Of a DNA stretch of 64,000 bases, positions 20,306 through 30,593 are shown in pieces (the first letter of the stretch is position 1; every line of letters begins with the position of its first letter). The notes under the pieces were generated by a model. The model did not search any database and was not told the origin of the DNA. It saw only the letters and a program-made list of their open reading frames with translations. The translations under genes were made by a program, and so were the position numbers. The DNA comes from an uncultured Nitrososphaerota archaeon (GTDB lineage: Archaea > Thermoproteota > Nitrososphaeria > Nitrososphaerales > CADDZS01), in assembly GCA_963799845.1 (NCBI GenBank), contig CAWCYI010000004.1, forward strand, positions 704,001 to 768,000. Reading direction: 5' to 3'.

Positions 20306-22303
20306 CTATGCTTTTTCGCCCTTCAGAAGCGCCCTGATCCTGTCCCTGATCCGCGCTGCAACTTCGAACTCGAGATTGTTAGCGGCCATTTTCATCTGTT
20401 CTTCGAGCTCCGAAATCATCCTGGGAAATTCGGGAGACTCTTTGGTAATTCGCGAGCTCGAGAGTTCTTCCTCGATCTCTTCGGCCTCGGCAAGGAGTGC
20501 GCGTATCTCTTTCCTAACCGTTTCGGGAGTTATGTTGTTCGCTTTATTGTACTGGACTTGAATGGCTCTTCTCCTGTCCGTCTCGTCAATTGCGCGCTTC
20601 ATCGAGTCGGTGATCTTGTCGCCGTACATTATTACCTGACCGGCTGCGTTCCTCGCCGCCCTCCCGATCGTCTGGATCAGAGCAACATCAGACCGAAGAT
20701 AACCCTCCTTGTCCGCATCGAGAATCGCGACAAGGCTGACCTCAGGCAGGTCCAGTCCCTCTCTCAGAAGGTTGATTCCTACGAGCACGTCGTATTTGCC
20801 CAGCCTGAGATCGCGCAAGAGTTCTATTCGCTTCAGAGTTTCCACCTCGGAATGAATGTACCTCACGCTAATTTTCAGGTCTTCCAAGTATTCGGCAAGA
20901 TCTTCGGCCATGCGCTTCGTCAGCGTTGTGACCAGCACCCTTTCCTTTTTCTCAACACGCTTTCTAATTTCTTTGATCAGATCGTCGATCTGGTTCTGCG
21001 CGGGTCTGACAATGATTTCCGGGTCAATCAGGCCGGTTGGTCTGATTATCTGTTCCACGACCTGTTCTGCCCTTGACATCTCGTAAGGCCCGGGAGTAGC
21101 CGAAGTGTAAATTATCTGGTTCATCTTTAGGGCGAACTCTGAAAAGTAAAGCGGGCGGTTATCGAAAGCAGAAGGAAGCCTGAACCCGTAATCCACCAAA
21201 TTTTCTTTTCGCGAACGATCTCCCTCGTACATTCCCCTGACCTGAGGAATCGCCATGTGGCTTTCATCTATGAACGTGATATAGTCGTCCGGAAAGTAGT
21301 CAATTAGGCAATATGGAGTATCTCCGGGTTGCCTTCCAGTAAAGTAGCGCGAATAGTTCTCCACCCCGGTGCAGTATCCTGTTTCTCGCAGCATCTCCAT
21401 GTCAAATTTCGTTCTCTGCTCTAATCGCTGCGCTTCGACCAGTTTTCCCGCGCCTCTCAGTTCCTGGAGTCGAGAGTCGAGCTCACTTTCGATTTCCCGG
21501 ATCGTCCCATCCAGACGGTCTCCAACTACGGTGTACTCCGTGGCGGGATAGATTATTGCCTCATTTCTCTTTCTGATAGCTTTTCCGGTTAGAGCGTCGA
21601 TCTCTATTATCTTCTCGACCTCCTCTCCAAAGAAATCGACCTTGATGATGTTCTCGCTCGCCGTTGCAATTTCCAGTGTGTCTCCCTTTACACGGAATTT
21701 ACCTCGCGAAAGCTGGAAATCGTTTCTCTGATACCTAATTGCAACGAGCTTTCTCAGTAAGACATCCCGGTCGATAGATTGCCCCGGAAAAATTCCAATT
21801 ACATTATCTCTAAAGTCGTCAGGCGCTCCCAAACCATAGATGCAACTCACACTCGCGACCACGATTACATCTCGCCTGGATACCAGCGCCTGCATTGCCC
21901 GTTGTCTCAGGGTCTGAAGGTCTTCGTTGATCGATGTGTCTTTCTCGATGTAAAGATCCTGCTGAGGAACGTAGGCTTCCGGTTGGTAGTAGTCATAGTA
22001 ACTTACGAAATACTCGACAGCGTTATGGGGAAAGAATGCTCTAAATTCACTCGTGAGTTGTGCGGCGAGAGTCTTGTTGGGTGACATTACAAGCGCCGGC
22101 CTTTGAAGCCTCTGTATAACATGCGCCATCGTAAGTGTCTTTCCAGTACCAGTCGCTCCGAGGAGAACCTGATGTTTTAGCCCTCTGAGTACGCCGTCGG
22201 TCAGTTTGTCGATAGCCTGCGGCTGATCGCCCTTGGGAGTATATTCGTTGCTGATTTCAAACCTTCCGGCTTTTTTGGATTGAACGTTCAGCGTCGAGGT
22301 CAA
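20306..22303 (-). CDS. uvrB: Excinuclease ABC subunit B
   Basis: GDQPQAI, GATGTGKT, YFVSYYDYYQPEAY, DESH, GINLLREGLD, UVR domain. Confidence 0.97.
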   Translation of the reverse strand: MTSTLNVQSKKAGRFEISNEYTPKGDQPQAIDKLTDGVLRGLKHQVLLGATGTGKTLTMAHVIQRLQRPALVMSPNKTLAAQLTSEFRAFFPHNAVEYFVSYYDYYQPEAYVPQQDLYIEKDTSINEDLQTLRQRAMQALVSRRDVIVVASVSCIYGLGAPDDFRDNVIGIFPGQSIDRDVLLRKLVAIRYQRNDFQLSRGKFRVKGDTLEIATASENIIKVDFFGEEVEKIIEIDALTGKAIRKRNEAIIYPATEYTVVGDRLDGTIREIESELDSRLQELRGAGKLVEAQRLEQRTKFDMEMLRETGYCTGVENYSRYFTGRQPGDTPYCLIDYFPDDYITFIDESHMAIPQVRGMYEGDRSRKENLVDYGFRLPSAFDNRPLYFSEFALKMNQIIYTSATPGPYEMSRAEQVVEQIIRPTGLIDPEIIVRPAQNQIDDLIKEIRKRVEKKERVLVTTLTKRMAEDLAEYLEDLKISVRYIHSEVETLKRIELLRDLRLGKYDVLVGINLLREGLDLPEVSLVAILDADKEGYLRSDVALIQTIGRAARNAAGQVIMYGDKITDSMKRAIDETDRRRAIQVQYNKANNITPETVRKEIRALLAEAEEIEEELSSSRITKESPEFPRMISELEEQMKMAANNLEFEVAARIRDRIRALLKGEKA

Positions 22304-22309
22304 ACTATA

Positions 22310-22774
22310 TCAACTCGCGCTCTGTTTCTTCGGTTCTTCCGGATACTTTATGGGGCGGCCCTCCGAAACGTCTTTGATTCTTTGGAGTGCGTCCCTTGTT
22401 CCTTTCCTAACGTGGCGCTGAATGAAGGGGGTTGCAAACCAGTAGATTCCGGTAAAGTGGACGTTCCACATGGCCACAAGTTTCTGTCGATTCTCGCCAA
22501 GAGTTTCCAATCTCAGAAATTTCACTCCCTCGGTCAGACCGTTGAGGTACTGAATCTCAATTTCAGTTCTCGGTCGCAGGATGATCTTCTGTTTTATGGC
22601 GTGTTTGCGAAAATTCTGGTAGATTTCGCGGTCAATGATGTTTCCCTCTTTAGAGAGATTCCTAACCTCCCTCGTGCCCCACCAGTACTCCGGTTCGTTG
22701 TCGAGATCAGAAATGACATCCCAAACTCTATCACTGGGAGCATCAATTTCGATCGATTCTTCGATTTTCGGCAC
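22310..22774 (-). CDS. SRPBCC/START-fold protein
   Basis: IEESIEIDAPSDRVWDVISDL...PEYW N-terminal signature. Confidence 0.8.
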   Translation of the reverse strand: MPKIEESIEIDAPSDRVWDVISDLDNEPEYWWGTREVRNLSKEGNIIDREIYQNFRKHAIKQKIILRPRTEIEIQYLNGLTEGVKFLRLETLGENRQKLVAMWNVHFTGIYWFATPFIQRHVRKGTRDALQRIKDVSEGRPIKYPEEPKKQSAS

Positions 22775-22890
22775 TTTCCTCGTCGATCAAGGTCTGGAAA
22801 CAATCAGAAAAACCCTTTGCTTGTCAAAAGTCATGGCTGAAAATCGACTACTGATTTTAAAGGCCACATCGAAAAGTGTGTGAGGGAATA

Positions 22891-23388
22891 TTGAACTCGA
22901 CTAGTAAGGGAAGTTCTTCGGCGGAAGGCCATTCACGTGAACGTTCTCGCATGTCCGTGCCTGTAGTAGACATTGTAGTCAGGAAAGGTGGCAAGATACT
23001 GCTGGAGCAAAGGGGAAAACCTCCGTTCGAAGAGATGCGTTGTCTCCCGGGCGGCCATGTCGAATATGGTGAGACCGTCGAGGAGACCGCGCTGCGGGAA
23101 TTGAAGGAAGAGACCTCTATTGATGCTAAACTAGTCGGAATTTTAGGAGTATTCAGCGATCCGAACAGAGATCCTAGAGGGCAAAGGATTAGCACCGTCT
23201 TTGTAGCCGACTGGACGAGTGGTAAACCGATCGGAGCCGATGATGCAAAAAGTGCAGAGTGGTTCGACGAATCAGATTTACGAAACCCTTCGTTCCAGCT
23301 AGCCTTTGACCACGCACTCATTCTCCGGGATTACTTCAAGTGGAAAGATTCGCAATCGGAAACTTTCTGGTCTTCGAAAAAAGACTAG
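22891..23388 (+). CDS. Nudix hydrolase (ADP-ribose pyrophosphatase-like)
   Basis: Nudix box GGHVEYGETVEETALRELKEET, RDPR, LAFDH; start uncertain (22891 or 22951). Confidence 0.9.
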   Translation: MNSTSKGSSSAEGHSRERSRMSVPVVDIVVRKGGKILLEQRGKPPFEEMRCLPGGHVEYGETVEETALRELKEETSIDAKLVGILGVFSDPNRDPRGQRISTVFVADWTSGKPIGADDAKSAEWFDESDLRNPSFQLAFDHALILRDYFKWKDSQSETFWSSKKD

Positions 23389-24209
23389 ATCCTTTCCGCG
23401 GAAACCCACATTTCCTCGATTGAACCTTTAGTCGATCTTGCAAACGAAGTATTTCTCACCCAAATGGCTATTGCGTGATTGAGTTCTTCGGAAAGGGGAT
23501 CGGGAACTCCGATTATAACATCGTCAAGGTCCGTAATCATCATGTCAAACATTATGTTGTCAGATTTACGGATCTCCACGTTTGCTCTTTTCGCTTCCTG
23601 AAGATCCTCTTTCGTTATCTTGACGCTTTTTGGGGCGATTATCCTGATTCGCTTGTTGCCGGACTCCTTGTTTGCAAATTCGAGCAAGATTGGGATGAAG
23701 AACTCCCTTGCTTCCACGGCTCTCTTTGCAACCAGAATGACATCGTGGGAATCCTCCAAGAGCTCTGCGAATTTGTTTGCGATCGTGTTGAAGCCTTTCA
23801 GCACAGAAATCTCTGACGAGCCAGTTTCTTCGCTCTGTGCGGGGGTATTCTCCAGAATCGTAATCAAACGTTCTTCCGCTTCCCTCCGTCTCTTTTGTTC
23901 GTCCGAAAATTGGACTTCGAATTGTCTTGCCCTGCCGTTAAGCGCCTGTCTTGGCGGAAGAGCCAGAAAATTCTCGTCCTGCTTTATTATGAAGCCCTTT
24001 GACATCAAACTCTCGATTGTGTCGTAAACTCGCGGAAGAGGAACATTCGCGCTGGATGCGAGTTGCTTTGAGTTTTGCCTTCCCAGCCTCAGGAGTGAGA
24101 TATATGCTCTCGCTTCATAGCCGGAAAGTTTGAAGTTCTCCTTCAGAGAGCTTTCAATTTCTTGGAGTGACTGTGATTCTCTGCTCAATCGAAGATTTCT
24201 ACCCGGCAA
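23385..24209 (-). CDS. TrmB family transcriptional regulator
   Basis: LSGYEARAYISLL...VPLPRVYDTIESLMSKG wHTH plus C-terminal effector domain. Confidence 0.88.
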   Translation of the reverse strand: MPGRNLRLSRESQSLQEIESSLKENFKLSGYEARAYISLLRLGRQNSKQLASSANVPLPRVYDTIESLMSKGFIIKQDENFLALPPRQALNGRARQFEVQFSDEQKRRREAEERLITILENTPAQSEETGSSEISVLKGFNTIANKFAELLEDSHDVILVAKRAVEAREFFIPILLEFANKESGNKRIRIIAPKSVKITKEDLQEAKRANVEIRKSDNIMFDMMITDLDDVIIGVPDPLSEELNHAIAIWVRNTSFARSTKGSIEEMWVSAERI

Positions 24210-25503
24210 TTTTTGCAGTTGGTAAGCGGAGATCTCTATCCTCCACGGGGCCGGCAGCTACAACCGACAACTTATCAGGACTAATGAATTTCTGAAAGCT
24301 GTGGAGGATCTCCTCGCCGGATATCCGCGCGAGAATTCCCGGATACCTTTCCAAATAATCTAGACCCAGATTGTCGTACTCGATGTCGTGAATTATCCCA
24401 ACCCTTTCTGAGGAAGTATCAAGCGATATGGAAAGCGAGCCGATGGAGTTTCTCTTCGCGGTTTCAAGTTCTTTTTCGGAAATCGGTTGGGTCGTGATTT
24501 TCGTAACTTCTTCGGTTATCCCTTCCACTGCCTTCTCCAGGTTTGCAGGGTTAACGCCCGCAAAGATCCCGAAGAACCCGGAGAATAACTTCCCCTGCAA
24601 CGCGCTGAAACTGTAGTACGCCAAGCCCCTTTCCTCTCGAATGTTTTTCCCCAATCGTCCATAAAGACCCAATCTGCCCAGGATGAGGTTTCCGAGGTTC
24701 AGGGAATAGTAGTACTGCGAAGATCTCGGGACTGCCTTGGTCCCAATCGCAAGATCGACCTGACTCTTGTGTTTCAGATCAACAACCGATACTTTTGGAT
24801 TATTAGGCGCCGTTTCTTGATACGAGATCTTCGACTTTTTATCTCCATTCCAGCTTGAGAATATTTTTCCGAGCTTTTCTTTGACGCGATCGTAATCGTA
24901 ACCACCCGTTATTGCGAAGATGACGCGGTCTGGAAAATAATTCTCTTCATGAAAGTGAACCAGATCCTCTCTCGTCAGCCTGTTCAAATCGTCTGGGATT
25001 CCCAGAGAATCGCGCCCATAAGGCTCGGCGCGTCCAAAAATTAGTTCGAGCAGCCTTCTGTAAGCAGAAGACCTTGTGTCATCACTCTGCGCCTTGATTT
25101 CCGAAAGAATCTCGTTTCGAGAGAGTGCTATCTCAGTCTGGGGAAACGAAGGCTGCATCAGACAATCTCCCAGAATTTCCAGAACATTGTCCAAGACTCC
25201 GTAGTAGCATCTCGAAGAAAAATAGACCGACTCGTCCCTGTTATCGAAGCTGAGAGTTGCGCCGGACTCCTCGATTTTCTGAGATATCTCGGCACCGGTA
25301 CGCGTTTTTGTTCCCCTCATGAGCGATCTTGAGACCAGTTCTGCCGTCCCGAAACGACCTTTTTCGTCGCAGATTGCGCCTGATTTTATGCTACCCGAAA
25401 TCGCGACCGTTTCGCTGTCGCTAATTTCATTGCTCAGCAGGACGAATCCGTTCTCGAAAACTTCCCGTTTCAGTTCCAGGTTGTTGAGTCTCTTCTCGGA
25501 CAA
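24199..25503 (-). CDS. M16B peptidase, non-catalytic subunit
   Basis: No HXXEH; has the R/Y motif IREERGLAY. Confidence 0.88.
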   Translation of the reverse strand: MSEKRLNNLELKREVFENGFVLLSNEISDSETVAISGSIKSGAICDEKGRFGTAELVSRSLMRGTKTRTGAEISQKIEESGATLSFDNRDESVYFSSRCYYGVLDNVLEILGDCLMQPSFPQTEIALSRNEILSEIKAQSDDTRSSAYRRLLELIFGRAEPYGRDSLGIPDDLNRLTREDLVHFHEENYFPDRVIFAITGGYDYDRVKEKLGKIFSSWNGDKKSKISYQETAPNNPKVSVVDLKHKSQVDLAIGTKAVPRSSQYYYSLNLGNLILGRLGLYGRLGKNIREERGLAYYSFSALQGKLFSGFFGIFAGVNPANLEKAVEGITEEVTKITTQPISEKELETAKRNSIGSLSISLDTSSERVGIIHDIEYDNLGLDYLERYPGILARISGEEILHSFQKFISPDKLSVVAAGPVEDRDLRLPTAKIAG

Positions 25504-25506
25504 TTT

Positions 25507-26826
25507 TTACGCGCCCTGCTTTGATTCGTATTCCCCTACGACGCGGTTTGACTCGGTAAGATACTTTTTTGCGACTATCCTGACATCCTCGGCGCTTACT
25601 TTGAGGGACCGTTCTACCAACGTGTCAGATAAGCTCCGGTCTTTGATCCTTTCCATGAAACCTATCGAAAGAGCTTGCAGGCTGATGCCATCGTTTTCGT
25701 AAGCATGCCACGACCTGATCTGGTTGAAAGCTACTTTCATTTCGTCTTCGTTTGGCGGCACGTCGCGCGCCCGATCGATTTCGGAGAAGAATTCTTCTTT
25801 GGCCGTCCCCAACTTTACACCCGGATTGAGAGTTACGTCAAAGTAGAGCAGCGAGGGATCAACATTGACAGGGAAGTACGTGTTGACTTCGCTCGCTATG
25901 TTTCCTTGAACAAGTCTCTTGTAGAGTCGGTTTGTCTTTGGCACGAATCGATCGCCGAAAAAACCTATGAGCCCGCGCCATCCGCCCAGAACCGCAGAAA
26001 GTACAATCAACCCCGGGGCGTCTTCGTGAGTGATTTCAGGAATGTGATAAGCTAAGCCCAAATAATTTAGCATCCCGGGCTGGGCTACTTTCGTCGTTCG
26101 CTCACCTTTCTGCGGCAGTTCCTCGAAAGGAATTTTGTCCGGGATTTTCTCTCCGGCGGGGATTCTTGAGAAGAAACTCTTAACCTTGATAGCAGTTTCG
26201 CCGGCATCAAAATTTCCGCAGACCACGAGAATAGCGTTGCTTGGATGGTAATACTTCCTGTAGTGATCATACAGGTCGTCGCGGGTCATGTTTCTCAAGT
26301 CATTCTTCCAGCCCACAACGGGCCACATGTACGGATGCATGTGATATGCGGTCGCGTAGACCTCTTCCCTGACCAGATATTGGGGAAAATTCTCGCTTCC
26401 CTCCCTCTCGGAAATTATTACCTGTCTCTCGCTTTCTACTTCCTTCGGTTCAAAAGCAGCGTTCGCCATTCTTTCCGACTCGATGAAAAGACCCATGTCC
26501 AGCTTGTCTTTAGGCAGAACCTCGAAGTAGGCGGTGACGTCGTGATCGGTGAAGGCATTATTTCGACCGCCTTCACCACTGACGAGAGTGTGGACATCGC
26601 CCTTGCCGAGCTTTCCGCCACCCTTGAACAGCATGTGTTCGCACCAGTGTGAAGCACCCGTTATCCCTAGTCGCTCGTTTCTAGAACCTACCTCGTAGAA
26701 AATCCATGTCGTCACGGCACTAGAAATCGGCACCGGTTTCAGAAGAACCTGTAATCCATTTTCCAGCTTAAATTCCTGGATGCCGTCGGACAAGTTGAAC
26801 TTGCTCTGTAATTCTGTTGTCTCCAC
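25507..26826 (-). CDS. M16B zinc peptidase, catalytic subunit
   Basis: GASHWCEHMLFKG (HXXEH), NAFT, ERQVIISE; likely GTG start at 26826. Confidence 0.9.
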   Translation of the reverse strand: METTELQSKFNLSDGIQEFKLENGLQVLLKPVPISSAVTTWIFYEVGSRNERLGITGASHWCEHMLFKGGGKLGKGDVHTLVSGEGGRNNAFTDHDVTAYFEVLPKDKLDMGLFIESERMANAAFEPKEVESERQVIISEREGSENFPQYLVREEVYATAYHMHPYMWPVVGWKNDLRNMTRDDLYDHYRKYYHPSNAILVVCGNFDAGETAIKVKSFFSRIPAGEKIPDKIPFEELPQKGERTTKVAQPGMLNYLGLAYHIPEITHEDAPGLIVLSAVLGGWRGLIGFFGDRFVPKTNRLYKRLVQGNIASEVNTYFPVNVDPSLLYFDVTLNPGVKLGTAKEEFFSEIDRARDVPPNEDEMKVAFNQIRSWHAYENDGISLQALSIGFMERIKDRSLSDTLVERSLKVSAEDVRIVAKKYLTESNRVVGEYESKQGA

Positions 26827-26965
26827 TTGCCTTCCAATGAAATACCAAATTGGCAGGTATAATTCTGTTTCAGAGATTAACTGATGGAATAATCTCCATT
26901 CAATTGGTCTCGGCACAACTCTAAAAAGCTGGATTAGAATCGAGTGGCTCTGTCAAACCCAAGAA

Positions 26966-27517
26966 ATGCCGACTCTCGTTCCAAAGAAAATCTTCCTTAC
27001 CAAAGGTGTGGGCAGGCACAAAGAGCGGCTCGCCAGTTTCGAACTTGCATTGCGTGATGCCGGAATTGAAGCCTACAATCTCGTCACTGTGTCGAGTATA
27101 TTTCCTCCAAGGTGCAAGGTCATTCCCAAGAAGGAGGGAATCGCCGAACTCTCACCGGGTCAGATTCTATTCCTAGTACTCAGCAGGATTGCGACCAATG
27201 AGCCAAACAGGTTGATTGCGGCGTCGGTCGGACTGGCGATTCCCCAGGATCGCAACACATACGGGTACCTTTCAGAGCATGAAGATTACGGGGAGACGGA
27301 GGAAAAAGCGGGCGACTACGCCGAAGATCTTGCAGCCACGATGCTCGCTTCAACTCTCGGAATACCTTTCAATCCAGATCAGAGCTACGACGAGAAAAAA
27401 CAGAACTGGAAAATCTCCGGCAAGATCGTGAAGACGACTCACATAACACAATCTGCCGAGGGCGACAAGAACGGACTCTGGACTACTGTTATCGCAGCAG
27501 CAGTCTTGTTGACCTAA
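26966..27517 (+). CDS. pdaD: Pyruvoyl-dependent arginine decarboxylase
   Basis: [22 protein letters not shown] self-cleavage site, GYLSEH. Confidence 0.92.
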   Translation: MPTLVPKKIFLTKGVGRHKERLASFELALRDAGIEAYNLVTVSSIFPPRCKVIPKKEGIAELSPGQILFLVLSRIATNEPNRLIAASVGLAIPQDRNTYGYLSEHEDYGETEEKAGDYAEDLAATMLASTLGIPFNPDQSYDEKKQNWKISGKIVKTTHITQSAEGDKNGLWTTVIAAAVLLT

Positions 27518-27651
27518 ATTCTCAAGACTTGCGCGGGTTGATAATAGTCCCGCTCGTTAACCGATCATGTGGGAAATATGCGAGCTGTAATGTGTGTCCT
27601 TCCCGAAAAGATGCAAAATGGCCGGAATTCGTGTCTGAAAAAAGACTGCCT

Positions 27652-27762
27652 TTACTTTTCCATCCCATGTGAAACGGTGAGATGCATTTCGTAGTTCCTG
27701 ATTTCGGCGACATTGAAACTCTCAACCCTTCTCTTTGCAACGAGGCACGCTGGACACGGCAT
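27652..27762 (-). CDS. C2H2-type zinc-finger microprotein
   Basis: MPCPACLVAKRRVESFNVAEIRNYEMHLTVSHGMEK (CxxC...HxxxxH); start uncertain. Confidence 0.5.
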   Translation of the reverse strand: MPCPACLVAKRRVESFNVAEIRNYEMHLTVSHGMEK

Positions 27763-27914
27763 CGCAACGGACTCGAAGTGCGTATTAGAGAATGTCAAAC
27801 CTGATCTGGTCGTACAGATCTCGGATCCTGTCCTAATTAAACAGGCTATGAGCGTTTCCGCTATATTCTTGATCAGATGTGTTGCTTGATATATCCTAGA
27901 GTCTTGCCGAAAAA

Positions 27915-28862
27915 TTACACTTCGTTTTCTACGTAAAGAGATCTGATTTCGGAGGCAATCTTCTCGATTGCGTCTCGACCCTCTTGAAAATACCCCGGTA
28001 GTTGAACGAATCCATGGACCGTTCCGGGATAGTCGAGGAGTTTGGTCTTGACCCCCGAATGCTCTAATTTTTTCGCGTATTCGAGATCTTGGTCTCTCAA
28101 CGGATCGCATTCGGCGGTTACTACGATGGCAGAAGGCAATCCGTGCAGGTCTCCGTATTGAGGAGATACAAGAGGATCCTTCATCTCGAAATCGTGTTTC
28201 AGGTAATTTCGGCCGAACCACTCCATAGCCTCTTTGGAAAGGCCGAATTTGTACTTTGAGTACTCTGACAAGTCACTGGTGAGGTCAGTAATGGGATAGA
28301 TCAGTACCTGAGCCGCAATCTGAGGGCCGTTCTTTTCTTTCGCCATCAGTGAGACCGCAGCAGCCAGATTCCCTCCCGCGCTGTCTCCTCCTACGATGAT
28401 CGTGTCTTTATCTCCCTCAAGAAATTCAGCGTTGTCAGCAGCCCACTTTGTCACCGAGTAACAATCATGCAATCCGGCTGGAAACTTGTTAACGGGAGCC
28501 AGTCGATAGTTCACAGAAATCACGATCGACTCCGAGCGGTTCGCGAGCATCGAGCATAGTTCGTCATAGAGATCGAGTTTCCCGACGACCCAACCACCTC
28601 CGTGGAAGTAGACGATAATTGGAAACATGTCTTGCTCGTCTCCCGAAGACTTGGGCCAGTAGACCCTAACCGGTATTTCCGAAAGACCTTCATGAATCGT
28701 GTGGTTTTCTATCTTCTCGACAGTCTCCGGTTTCGTCAAGAATGGTAGGGTGATTCGTTCTTCCTCTTTCCTTGCGTCCTCAGCCGTAAGTTCAGAAATA
28801 TCCCGCGCGCCAATTGAATTCAACTTGTCTGCCCACTCAAGGGCTTTGGGGCTCGCCGTCAT
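27915..28862 (-). CDS. Alpha/beta hydrolase, HSL-family esterase
   Basis: HGGGW, GDSAGGNL, DPLRD, HGF triad motifs. Confidence 0.92.
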   Translation of the reverse strand: MTASPKALEWADKLNSIGARDISELTAEDARKEEERITLPFLTKPETVEKIENHTIHEGLSEIPVRVYWPKSSGDEQDMFPIIVYFHGGGWVVGKLDLYDELCSMLANRSESIVISVNYRLAPVNKFPAGLHDCYSVTKWAADNAEFLEGDKDTIIVGGDSAGGNLAAAVSLMAKEKNGPQIAAQVLIYPITDLTSDLSEYSKYKFGLSKEAMEWFGRNYLKHDFEMKDPLVSPQYGDLHGLPSAIVVTAECDPLRDQDLEYAKKLEHSGVKTKLLDYPGTVHGFVQLPGYFQEGRDAIEKIASEIRSLYVENEV

Positions 28863-28929
28863 TTCATTCGCGGATTCAGCCCGTTTGATTATTATTACTA
28901 TTGGGAGATCCTAGAAAAGTCGAGACATT

Positions 28930-29934
28930 TCATACAGTTTTGCGGAATAACTTCATCTCAATTTCGCCGTGAAGTTTCTCACCTGCTTTCAGCACGACCG
29001 CGGTTCCATCGCGGATCTGATTTTGAAGGCCCGTCGTGTTTGTGGTCGTCGTCGGTTCAAGCGCGAGCGTGTGGGCTCTACCAAAGTATGGGTAGTCCAG
29101 GATTCCCCAGTTCAGCCAGTACCAGAGGTACGGAAATGCGCTGTTCCACGAAAGTTCTACGCCAAGGTCGAGAGAGGGATTGTACAAAGTGTATGATGGT
29201 GAGCGGAGTTCGGTGATGGGGAAATCTTCCTGGACTCGCAGGCTCTTGTCGGGGATTTTGGTGAGGTCTACCTTCCTGCCGTCGAGACCCGGAGCCATTG
29301 GCCAGTCGAAGGGGACGTTCCTCTTGATCCTTTCATGTGACATTTCGTATCCGTGCGTTACTGCCCTAACTGCCGAGATGTCGATTTGGAGATCTGATGA
29401 GATGAACGGCTCCCCGTAGGCGATGTGTTGCGCCCACGAGAGCTCGATTCCCTGTTCTGCGGTGTTGATGATGTCCTCTGAAACTGTGAGTTTTGATCCT
29501 TCCAAGCTCAGAGTCTTTTCTGCCCGCAGGGGATAACGGAGGCAATTCAACGACAAGTGGGAAGTTACTTTGCCGTCGGTGACTTGAAATCCTGTGCATG
29601 ACCAAGGCAGGAGCGCGCTCTCTCCGTGCGATCCGAATTTCGTTCCCCTGTTGGACGAAGCGAAACCATAGTTGGGAAAGACGTCGTTCCACCCGCCGCC
29701 GTAATTGTCGGAAAATGCGCTGTCCTGATTCGATATTCTCTCGATATGAGTTTTTGGATCCTTGTAACCGTTGGGCGAATGCCAGATCACGTCGATGTCG
29801 AGCGGCTTGTAGATCACCTGGAATATGTCCGATCCCTTGTCGAGTAAAACCGAAATTTTCGCGACGTCGGTCTCGAGGATCAGCGTCTTCATTCCTTTGT
29901 AAGTCCAGTCAAGCGAACCGAAAGCTTCGCCCAT
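28930..29934 (-). CDS. Aldose 1-epimerase/galactose mutarotase-like protein (DUF4432-like)
   Basis: YGGGWNDVFP, HGE, QHIAYG, LALEP motifs. Confidence 0.75.
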   Translation of the reverse strand: MGEAFGSLDWTYKGMKTLILETDVAKISVLLDKGSDIFQVIYKPLDIDVIWHSPNGYKDPKTHIERISNQDSAFSDNYGGGWNDVFPNYGFASSNRGTKFGSHGESALLPWSCTGFQVTDGKVTSHLSLNCLRYPLRAEKTLSLEGSKLTVSEDIINTAEQGIELSWAQHIAYGEPFISSDLQIDISAVRAVTHGYEMSHERIKRNVPFDWPMAPGLDGRKVDLTKIPDKSLRVQEDFPITELRSPSYTLYNPSLDLGVELSWNSAFPYLWYWLNWGILDYPYFGRAHTLALEPTTTTNTTGLQNQIRDGTAVVLKAGEKLHGEIEMKLFRKTV

Positions 29935-30024
29935 GTGCGCAGCTGGTCTGAAGAATGGGTTAAACCCTTTCTCTGGCGTCCTAGACAGACTTAAATAAAC
30001 AGCCGGGTTCGTGAATGAATCGAA

Positions 30025-30402
30025 ATGCCCAAGCAGGTCATTAAATCGGACAATGCTCCAAAGCCGGGAGGCCCCTATTCACAAGGAATACTCGCGGAAA
30101 AGTTTCTTTTCGTCGCAGGACAGACAGGGACCGATCCAAAGTCGGGAAAGTTGCCAGATGGTGTCGAAGCCCAGACGAGGCAGACGCTTGAAAATATAAA
30201 GGCGGTCGTCGAAGCCGCAGGTGCCACGCTTGACAACGTTGTTAGGGTCGGAGTCTATCTTACCGATATCAAGAATTTCGGCGCGATGAACGAGGTTTAC
30301 AAGACATATTTCACGCAAAATCAGCCGGCCCGGTCAACAATACAGGCCGCGCTCGTGGGGCAGTACCTCGTAGAGATCGACTGTATCGTTTTAAAGCCCT
30401 GA
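30025..30402 (+). CDS. ridA: RidA/YjgF enamine-imine deaminase
   Basis: GPYSQ, FVAGQ, MNEVY, PARS with catalytic Arg, VEID. Confidence 0.9.
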   Translation: MPKQVIKSDNAPKPGGPYSQGILAEKFLFVAGQTGTDPKSGKLPDGVEAQTRQTLENIKAVVEAAGATLDNVVRVGVYLTDIKNFGAMNEVYKTYFTQNQPARSTIQAALVGQYLVEIDCIVLKP

Positions 30403-30593
30403 TTTCCAGAAAGTCGATCGATTACGATCTCGAATAGAGACTTTCAGACCCAAATGTGTTCGCGCTTCGAATACCTGGGCTAGCTCGCTTTCCCTATTCG
30501 TAACAGGGCCCCCAAAACGAGCTGAATTAGCTTTAGGCCTTTAGAGGAAAAGCGCTAAAGCGCCCACGGGCAATCTCAGTTATCAAAGCACTC

